This document shows, in pieces, positions 6,043 to 10,678 of a stretch of 10,678 nucleotides of DNA. This DNA comes from a virus. Its lineage: Duplodnaviria; Heunggongvirae; Uroviricota; Caudoviricetes. Position 1 is the first letter of the stretch. Each line of letters starts with the position of its first letter. The notes beneath the pieces are model-generated. The model was not told the origin of the DNA, ran no database searches, and worked only from the letters and a program-made list of their open reading frames with translations. The translations under genes were made by a program, and so were the position numbers. The stretch lies in the IMG/VR virus record IMGVR_UViG_3300044294_000233. One strand, written 5' to 3'.

Positions 6043-6245
6043 GATTGTTCCTTGTTGAAGGGTTTGCCTTTGATCTTGGTCACGTTGTCGTCGGTGGCGA
6101 GGCCGGGCGTGCCGTGAGCGCCACCCATGTTCAGCACCCACCCACCTTCGCCGCTCGGCATCACGGCCTTGCCCGTCTTCTCTTGGCCGAAGCGGTTCTT
6201 GATGGTGACGCGGTCGCCGGCCTTGATGAGCGTGCGAATCTTCAT
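6039..6245 (-). CDS. Hypothetical phage protein (68 aa, IKAGDRVTI...GWVLNMGGAHGTP)
   Basis: SD GGAG before ATG 6245. The pattern suggests a small beta-rich fold (inference). Confidence 0.85.
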   Translation of the reverse strand: MKIRTLIKAGDRVTIKNRFGQEKTGKAVMPSGEGGWVLNMGGAHGTPGLATDDNVTKIKGKPFNKEQS

Positions 6246-6273
6246 CGCGTTCTCCAGTAGCGGGTGATGGGCT

Positions 6274-6316
6274 GACAACCCTACAAGGGCGGTGTAGAGT
6301 TGTCTCCGGTTTTGCG
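6274..6316 (-). promoter_or_regulatory. Recurrent element, hairpin type, 12-bp stem with one mismatch
   Basis: GACAACCCTACA-AGGGCGG-TGTAGAGTTGTC-TCCGGTTTTGCG. Loop identical to the 5884 copy; starts 2 nt after the upstream TGA. Confidence 0.85.
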
Positions 6317-6318
6317 CC

Positions 6319-6561
6319 TCAGTTCCCGACCCAAGTTCCGGGTTCCTTCATCGCCCGTTGCAGCATCGCCCACTCTTGCGGCATCAGGTCGGCCGCGAGA
6401 TCCAACACCGCGCCGAGGGTGAGCGGGCGGTGAAACACCTTGCCGTCCTTGTCCTCGAACGCCCAGTACCAGAGTCGGCCGCTGCCGCCCGGCTCACACA
6501 CGTCTTGCAGGTTGACCAAGCACTTCGTGAACATCGTGGCACCTTGAGGTTGTTGCGTCAC
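6319..6561 (-). CDS. Hypothetical protein (80 aa, or 71 aa from the internal ATG of MFTKC)
   Basis: GTGA overlap with the upstream stop. The alternative ATG has SD AAGGTG. Confidence 0.75.
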   Translation of the reverse strand: MTQQPQGATMFTKCLVNLQDVCEPGGSGRLWYWAFEDKDGKVFHRPLTLGAVLDLAADLMPQEWAMLQRAMKEPGTWVGN

Positions 6562-6764
6562 ACTTCCACGTCATCGAAGCTCAACACCGCCTCGAACCCA
6601 TCGGGGAGCGAAACCGTGACCTCGCGTTCCGCTTGGTTGACCGACAGCACTTGTAGCCGGTGCCACCGGGGGAACTGCGTTTCGATCTCCGCGCCCGTGT
6701 CGGGGTTGGTCGCCTCAACGAAGAACATGATGTTCTTCGTGCGGACAGAGTCGCCGGCCTTCAT
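6558..6764 (-). CDS. Hypothetical protein (68 aa)
   Basis: SD GAGGA; MKAGDSVRTK...VLSFDDVEV. Confidence 0.8.
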   Translation of the reverse strand: MKAGDSVRTKNIMFFVEATNPDTGAEIETQFPRWHRLQVLSVNQAEREVTVSLPDGFEAVLSFDDVEV

Positions 6765-6771
6765 GTCGTCC

Positions 6772-7056
6772 TCACTTCTGGATGTAGTAGGTGGGGTAAT
6801 AGCCGCACTCGTAGCTCGCGTTGTAGTGCTTCCAGTTGTTGAACATCAAGTCCCACGCGGTCGCCTCGATGCTCCCCTTCCAGAGCGTTTCGTGCGTGCG
6901 GTACATCTCGGCCTTCTCCAAGTATTCCTTGCCGTAGACGAGGGCCGCGCTGCTGAAGGGGCCGTCCGGGGCGAGCTTGCAGGGGCAGAGGAAGATGGCT
7001 TCGTTCTTGGCGAACCGCTTCTTGGCCTCGGCCTTGCTGATCTTGACGAACGGCAT
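6772..7056 (-). CDS. Hypothetical phage protein (94 aa, CPCKL...FNNWKHYNASYECGYYPTYY)
   Basis: Start reassigned to ATG 7056 (SD GGAG), because the longer ORF-track start runs through the element. Confidence 0.8.
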   Translation of the reverse strand: MPFVKISKAEAKKRFAKNEAIFLCPCKLAPDGPFSSAALVYGKEYLEKAEMYRTHETLWKGSIEATAWDLMFNNWKHYNASYECGYYPTYYIQK

Positions 7057-7082
7057 CGCGTTGCTCCGAGTGCGAAATGGGC

Positions 7083-7127
7083 GAGACAACCCTACACGCA
7101 CGGCATAGGGTTGTCTTCGGTTTTGCG
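7083..7127 (-). promoter_or_regulatory. Recurrent element, hairpin type, 11-bp stem plus G-T
   Basis: GAGACAACCCTA-CACGCACGGCA-TAGGGTTGTCTT-CGGTTTTGCG. Starts 0 nt after the upstream TGA. Confidence 0.85.
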
Positions 7128-7370
7128 TCAGTCTTTCTTTTGGCAACTGGCGACGGTCGCCAAGCCGCGCCGCTCTGCGATGTACTTTGCCGTTTCGCCG
7201 TGGCCCGCGAACTCAAAATGCACGTCTTCGTTGACCACAGACGCCACAACCAAATCGTAACCGCGAGAGGTGAAGAACATCACGATGGCGTCTAGGCTGT
7301 CGTATACGCCGTGAATGACCGTCGATTCGATCTTGTTTTTGTTCCACAACTTGAGAATCCAGACGTACAT
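7128..7370 (-). CDS. Hypothetical protein (80 aa)
   Basis: ATG 3 nt after the upstream stop; the TGA abuts the element. Confidence 0.7.
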   Translation of the reverse strand: MYVWILKLWNKNKIESTVIHGVYDSLDAIVMFFTSRGYDLVVASVVNEDVHFEFAGHGETAKYIAERRGLATVASCQKKD

Positions 7371-7373
7371 GGG

Positions 7374-7661
7374 TCACATGCTTTCGGTAATGGGTTGCTC
7401 TTTGCCGTCCTTCATCTTCTTGTAGAGGATGATGGGGTTCGCGGTGCCTTCCTTCCAGATGATGCGGCCGAGGCCGTCAACGCCGGTGTCCGGGGGAACG
7501 AGGTACACGCTGTAGTTCCCGAACTTCTCGCTGCTCGGCGCGTTCTTCTTGGCGTTGGCGATGGCTTGCTTCTCGGTGTCGGCCTTGCCGAAGCAGAACG
7601 GCCCGATCACCAAGAACTTGTAGTCCACGTTCGCACGCTTTACCATCTTCTTCGCGGGCAT
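7374..7661 (-). CDS. Hypothetical protein (95 aa)
   Basis: SD GGAG and typical codon bias. Confidence 0.8.
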   Translation of the reverse strand: MPAKKMVKRANVDYKFLVIGPFCFGKADTEKQAIANAKKNAPSSEKFGNYSVYLVPPDTGVDGLGRIIWKEGTANPIILYKKMKDGKEQPITESM

Positions 7662-7679
7662 GTCGCTCTCCGGTTGGGG

Positions 7680-7705
7680 GACAACCCGGCGCGAACCGGG
7701 TTGTC
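7680..7705. promoter_or_regulatory. Hairpin-only variant of the element (10-bp perfect stem, boxes absent)
   Basis: GACAACCCGG-CGCGAA-CCGGGTTGTC. Keeps the GACAACCC/GGGTTGTC arms, lacks CGCAAAACCGGA and TGTAG. Confidence 0.7.
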
Positions 7706-7715
7706 GGGGTTGGGG

Positions 7716-7883
7716 TCAAGCTTTCGCGGCGTCGATTCGCTTCGTTACCCGGCTCACTTCGGCGGTCGCGTGCCGAATCTCGTTTTCGAGGTTCAGCTTC
7801 ATCCGCTTCTCCAACTCCTCGAAGCTCGGCACGGTGTAGCCGGTCAGTTCGTAGTTGTGGCGGTAGTTGTCGCCCCGGTTCAC
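7716..7883 (-). CDS. Hypothetical protein (55 aa from GTG 7883; possibly longer from ATG 7906 with a frameshift)
   Basis: (HYEVK)VNRGDNYRHNYELTGYTVPSFEELEKRMKLNLENEIRHATAEVSRVTKRIDAAKA with strong codon bias. The SD-preceded ATG 7906 is out of frame (MDPITKSR*). Confidence 0.65.
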   Translation of the reverse strand: MNRGDNYRHNYELTGYTVPSFEELEKRMKLNLENEIRHATAEVSRVTKRIDAAKA

Positions 7884-7907
7884 CTTGACTTCGTAATGGG
7901 GTCCATG

Positions 7908-8081
7908 TTACTCCTTCGTGGCCGCGTTGAACCGCGCGGCCCGCGTGTTGAGGCGTTTGGTGCGGCGGTCGCCGTGTTTGCCGCCGCCGCTGCGGTGCTG
8001 CGTGTGGCCGGTCGGCACGTTCTTGGGGGTGGAAACCGTGAACTTGATTTCTTTGCTCTTGGGGGCGTGAACGACGTGCAT
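7908..8081 (-). CDS. Small basic hypothetical protein (57 aa), not in the ORF track
   Basis: MHVVHAPKSKEIKFTVSTPKNVPTGHTQHRSGGGKHGDRRTKRLNTRAARFNAATKE; SD GGAG. Confidence 0.8.
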   Translation of the reverse strand: MHVVHAPKSKEIKFTVSTPKNVPTGHTQHRSGGGKHGDRRTKRLNTRAARFNAATKE

Positions 8082-8105
8082 GTTAAGCTCCAGTGGGTTA
8101 CAAGC

Positions 8106-8141
8106 CTACACGCACGTCGTTCGCGAGTCTCCGAAATTGCG
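8106..8141 (-). promoter_or_regulatory. Recurrent element, non-palindromic-spacer type
   Basis: Minus strand: CGCAATTTCGGAGAC-TCGCGAACGACGTGCG(16)-TGTAG. Starts 1 nt after a TGA at 8143-8145. Confidence 0.8.
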
Positions 8142-8142
8142 C

Positions 8143-8320
8143 TCATTTCAGCGGGGCTTCCACGATGGTCAGAACGTGGTCCGCGCCGTCGTTGCACTCC
8201 GAGACGAACAGGTTCCTGATCCGCCTTGTTGCGGTGACGGTCGGCCACCGCGATCAGGAGCTTCCCGTAATCGCCTTCTGCGGTCAGCCGGCCGCAGACG
8301 CTGCAACACGCCGCCTTCAT
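8143..8320 (-). pseudogene. Small CxxC protein with an apparent +1 frameshift (about 58 aa if corrected)
   Basis: Begins MKAACCSVCGRLTAEGDYGKLLIAV (ATGA overlap, SD). Codon bias moves to the +1 frame (RIRNLFVSECNDGADHVLTIVEAPLK*), whose stop abuts the element. Confidence 0.6.
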
Positions 8321-8511
8321 CGCCTTCTCCCCGAACGTTGGCCAATCGGCCTGTCGGCGTGGTCGTACCAGCGCCAACAGAACTCGATCTCTTCTTGCTT
8401 GGTCCTCGGAAACCAGTCCCCGCGACTGGCCTCCAACCGCATTTCCCAGTCCTCACGAGCGTCTCGCCGCTCGCCTTCGTCCCAGTCGCGTTTGATCTCT
8501 TCCCACGTCAT
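8317..8511 (-). CDS. Hypothetical Trp/Arg/Glu-rich protein (64 aa)
   Basis: SD GAGGA; its stop overlaps the next ATG. Confidence 0.75.
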   Translation of the reverse strand: MTWEEIKRDWDEGERRDAREDWEMRLEASRGDWFPRTKQEEIEFCWRWYDHADRPIGQRSGRRR

Positions 8512-8520
8512 TCGAGATCC

Positions 8521-8910
8521 TCACAGTGCTGCGAAGAGTTGTGGAACCCGCTTGCCATCGATCTCCTTCGTACCCATGATCAGCAGCCGGCACTGGTGAA
8601 CCGCTTCGCCTTCGTGACCCTCGTCTTTGCGGACGAAGTGTCCCGCCTTGTACGGGTTGTAGGTCACCGGGGTGACTGCGTCGAGGAACTCCAGACTCGG
8701 CTCGAAGCCGGCGATCTCGCCGCATGCGAAAGCGTGAACGTTCTTCCGCTTCTCGGCAATCACCCGCTGCCGCGCCCGCTCGTTGACCTTGAACGTTACA
8801 CCCTTGAGGAGAACGAAGGTCTTGAGATCCTGCTTGTTCTCCACAAGCCCCGTCTGGGGGTTCTTGATGGACCAGCCGCGTTTGTGCAGGTTGAAGTAGA
8901 TCAGTTTCAT
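8521..8910 (-). CDS. Hypothetical phage protein (129 aa, YFNLHK...RQRVIAEKRKNVHAF...YNPYK)
   Basis: Start reassigned to ATG 8910 (ATGA overlap with the 8907 stop). The motif set resembles a stand-alone phage family recalled from memory. Confidence 0.8.
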   Translation of the reverse strand: MKLIYFNLHKRGWSIKNPQTGLVENKQDLKTFVLLKGVTFKVNERARQRVIAEKRKNVHAFACGEIAGFEPSLEFLDAVTPVTYNPYKAGHFVRKDEGHEGEAVHQCRLLIMGTKEIDGKRVPQLFAAL

Positions 8911-9144
8911 TTTCGCTTCGCCTTCCTTCTCATGTTGACGCAGGTCGGGCAACGCACCTTGTTTGTGACCAGCGAGGAAGCTCCAGCCGGCTTCCTCGAA
9001 GTGGGCTTGAGCTTCCGGGCCGAACATGCCCGGCTCTCGCGTGTCCTCGCGGTTGTAGTCGGCACACTCTGTACAGTGGCCGCAGACGACGTGCGCCCGC
9101 AGGGTGATTCTGATGCCGCCGTTTTCGAGCAGTTCGGGTGACAT
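8907..9144 (-). pseudogene. Zn-ribbon-like protein (CGHC...GW...CPTC) with an apparent +1 frameshift (about 78 aa if corrected)
   Basis: Frame 0 gives MSPELL...CGHCTEC...EEAGWSF. The +1 frame gives VTNKVRCPTCVNMRRKAKRK* and ends in an ATGA overlap with the next gene. Confidence 0.65.
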
Positions 9145-9159
9145 AGGTAGCTCCTAGTG

Positions 9160-9201
9160 CCACAAGACGCAATCTCGGTTGTCTCCGAGATTGCGTCTTG
9201 T
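9160..9201 (-). promoter_or_regulatory. Recurrent element variant inside a different 17-bp perfect hairpin
   Basis: Minus strand: CGCAATCTCGGAGAC-N16-TGTGG. Plus strand: ACAAGACGCAATCTCGG (9162-9178), loop TTGTCT, CCGAGATTGCGTCTTGT (9185-9201). Confidence 0.75.
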
Positions 9202-9207
9202 TTTCGA

Positions 9208-9933
9208 TCAGAAGGGGATGGCCGGGTCGAGGGGAATCCGCTTGCCGGCCGGGATGATACCCTTCGGGGCGGCTTCGACAACCGGCGCGTCTTCCGGTTC
9301 GCCCATCCAGCAGAGCAGCATGGCCCCGTTCATCGTCCGCTTCTTGCCCCAGTAGCAGAAGCACCCGCACGCCTGCGTGATGAACGAGCCGTCCGGCTTG
9401 ACCGCGCCCTTGAGGTTCGCGGTGAGGGCGTCGGCCTGAGCCTTGCTCAACCACGTCATCGCGAACTCGTCGTCGTGCTTCTCGAACTGGACGCGGTTCT
9501 GTTCCATCGCCCGGCGGATGAGCGAGGCGGCGAAATCGTCGGCCTTCTGTTGGGCCGTCTCCGCGTCGGCGTGCATGTCCGCGACTTCGTCCCGCGTCAT
9601 CGGGGCGGCTTCTTCGGGTTGCGGGACGAAGCCGCAGAAGGTGAGCAGGTAGTAGGTGCGGCCTTTCGACTCGCTGTAGATGTCCTTGACGAACGCGCCG
9701 AACTTCTGGTCGCCGGTGCCGTGGGTGATGACGCCCGCGTCACCGATCAGGTTGCCGAGGAACTCGGCCTGCTTCTCGGAGATGAAGATTTCGGCGGTGA
9801 CGGCGCGGCCCATGAACCGGCGAACCGCTTCGGCCTTGTCGCCGCGCGGGGCGTACTTCACGCCCTGAATCTTGTCCTTGTTGCGGCCGATGATGTCGAA
9901 GGCCAGCGAAGCGGCGGTGTGTTGGGTGGCCAT
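9208..9933 (-). CDS. Hypothetical protein (241 aa) with a possible internal duplication
   Basis: Start reassigned to ATG 9933 (SD GGAG). FISEKQAEFL and WLSKAQADAL look like two copies of one motif. Confidence 0.85.
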   Translation of the reverse strand: MATQHTAASLAFDIIGRNKDKIQGVKYAPRGDKAEAVRRFMGRAVTAEIFISEKQAEFLGNLIGDAGVITHGTGDQKFGAFVKDIYSESKGRTYYLLTFCGFVPQPEEAAPMTRDEVADMHADAETAQQKADDFAASLIRRAMEQNRVQFEKHDDEFAMTWLSKAQADALTANLKGAVKPDGSFITQACGCFCYWGKKRTMNGAMLLCWMGEPEDAPVVEAAPKGIIPAGKRIPLDPAIPF

Positions 9934-9967
9934 CGTCGTGTCTCCGAAGGGTGATGGGTTGACACCA

Positions 9968-10003
9968 CTACACACCGCCGCGTTCGCAGTCTCCGAAATT
10001 GCG
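9968..10003 (-). promoter_or_regulatory. Recurrent element, non-palindromic-spacer type
   Basis: Minus strand: CGCAATTTCGGAGAC-TGCGAACGCGGCGGTG(16)-TGTAG. Starts 0 nt after the TAG at 10004-10006. Confidence 0.8.
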
Positions 10004-10201
10004 CTAACTTTTCTGGAGCGTGGCAATCCACTGCTCCAGAGCCTTCTTCCCGCTCGTCGCCCGGATGGAGTGGGCTTCGGTCGGGTCGCTCGACTTCGTG
10101 CCTCTGACGACGTACCAGAGGCGATTAAAGCTGTTCTCGAACGCCTTGTAAAGAACACCGTCAATCGTGACGGTGCCTTTGCTGATCTTGCCGATTGTCA
10201 C
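10004..10201 (-). CDS. Hypothetical protein (65 aa)
   Basis: GTGA overlap with the upstream stop, SD GGAG, TAG stop abutting the element. Confidence 0.75.
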   Translation of the reverse strand: MTIGKISKGTVTIDGVLYKAFENSFNRLWYVVRGTKSSDPTEAHSIRATSGKKALEQWIATLQKS

Positions 10202-10584
10202 TGCCCGTCTCCCTTGAGGGTTTGCTTGTCGAGGGCGAAGTCGGCCGCTTGCGCGGCGGTTGCCAACTGGTCGTTGGTGCGGCGGAACATCTCGGCGGCG
10301 TAGGCGAGCATTGCCGCCTTGATCGCGCTGCCGAAATCCTTGTACTCGTTGCCGTCATCCTCGCCGTTGTGGTCGTACACGAGGTAGACGTAGCCCGGAA
10401 CGAACCGCTTGGAGATCACCTGTTGCGCCGGCCGAAGGTGCTTGCCGATGGACAAGCCGCACCCGTCGATGAGGATGTACGCTTCTTGGGCGGTGTTCTG
10501 CCCTACGTCGAGGATGACGGGCGGCGTGTTCTTGAACGCCGCGAAGTAGGTCGAAACCGTCGTTGCGTCGTCGCTCGTGAACAT
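10198..10584 (-). CDS. Hypothetical protein (128 aa)
   Basis: ATG in a TGATG overlap with the upstream stop; SD GAGGGT. Confidence 0.8.
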   Translation of the reverse strand: MFTSDDATTVSTYFAAFKNTPPVILDVGQNTAQEAYILIDGCGLSIGKHLRPAQQVISKRFVPGYVYLVYDHNGEDDGNEYKDFGSAIKAAMLAYAAEMFRRTNDQLATAAQAADFALDKQTLKGDGQ

Positions 10585-10678
10585 CACTTACCCTCGTACT
10601 GCTTGATGAGGTCGTCGGCCAGCAACACCAGAGACAGCAAGCTGTCCCACTTCAGGAAGATCGTCGCTTCGGTGTGGG
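10584..10678 (-). CDS. C-terminal fragment of a hypothetical protein (partial)
   Basis: ...HTEATIFLKWDSLLSLVLLADDLIKQYEGK*, with TGA at 10584-10586 and typical codon bias. Confidence 0.7.
   Translation of the reverse strand, partial: HTEATIFLKWDSLLSLVLLADDLIKQYEGK

Noticed and set aside
4837-7127. CRISPR array
   Set aside because: The sequences between repeats are 350-770 bp and encode genes, the repeats vary internally, and no cas gene is visible.
5387-7127. REP/REPIN elements (GTAG family)
   Set aside because: GTAG lies inside the stem near the loop rather than at the 5' foot of a hairpin, and no RAYT/TnpA gene is visible.
4837-7705. Canonical integron attC sites
   Set aside because: AAC/GTT triplets are present, but the flanks do not fit RYYYAAC/GTTRRRY, the stems lack the characteristic extrahelical bases, and no integrase is in the window.
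7880-8377. 165-aa minus-strand ORF as annotated in the track
   Set aside because: It loses codon bias after about codon 50, crosses an element and overlaps a better-supported 57-aa gene.
8521-9144. 207-aa ORF taken as a single natural gene
   Set aside because: The second half has its own ATGA-coupled start, and the first half is completed by a CPTC motif in the +1 frame; treated as two genes with a frameshift.
4632-10006. Genome-wide TAG recoding (genetic code 15)
   Set aside because: The TAG at 10004-10006 directly abuts an element exactly as TGA stops do elsewhere, and genes are not fragmented by in-frame TAGs.
9940-10212. GTCTCC at 9940-9945 and 10207-10212 as further element copies
   Set aside because: Both are the SD (GGAG) of the adjacent gene and lack the CGCAA and TGTAG parts.
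1492-10303. Long plus-strand ORFs in the track (e.g. 1492-2142, 3465-4229, 6358-7260, 7311-8219, 8080-9141, 9157-9954)
   Set aside because: They are antisense shadows of GC3-biased minus-strand genes, with no recognisable motifs or SD sites.

Overview
The window looks like part of a large, GC-rich bacteriophage genome, probably an early or accessory region (inference). It holds about 30 tightly packed, mostly small hypothetical genes, nearly all on the minus strand, many with Shine-Dalgarno sites and (A/G)TGA start-stop overlaps. Only three products are recognisable: a plus-strand M14-type zinc peptidase (523-1233), an AT-richer HNH-type endonuclease (2241-2678) and a ribbon-helix-helix protein (5433-5660). 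The main unexplained structure is a recurrent intergenic element, minus-strand consensus GC(G/A)CAAWHYYG(G/A)AGAC-N16-TGTAG, found nine times between 4052 and 10003, plus one hairpin-only variant. In seven copies it starts 0-2 nt after the upstream stop codon, so the region divides into element + RBS + 1-3 gene modules. Five consecutive copies fold the two boxes into an 11-16 bp hairpin with a compensatory base change, and two others reach hairpins through different arm sequences. Also seen: an exact 127-bp direct repeat that gives two unrelated genes the same terminator, RBS and first nine codons; two tiny SD-preceded ORFs ending in GFI inside a hairpin-rich intergenic stretch; and three apparent single-base frameshifts in 7.7-9.1 kb. 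All calls come from reading the sequence by eye; no searches were run.
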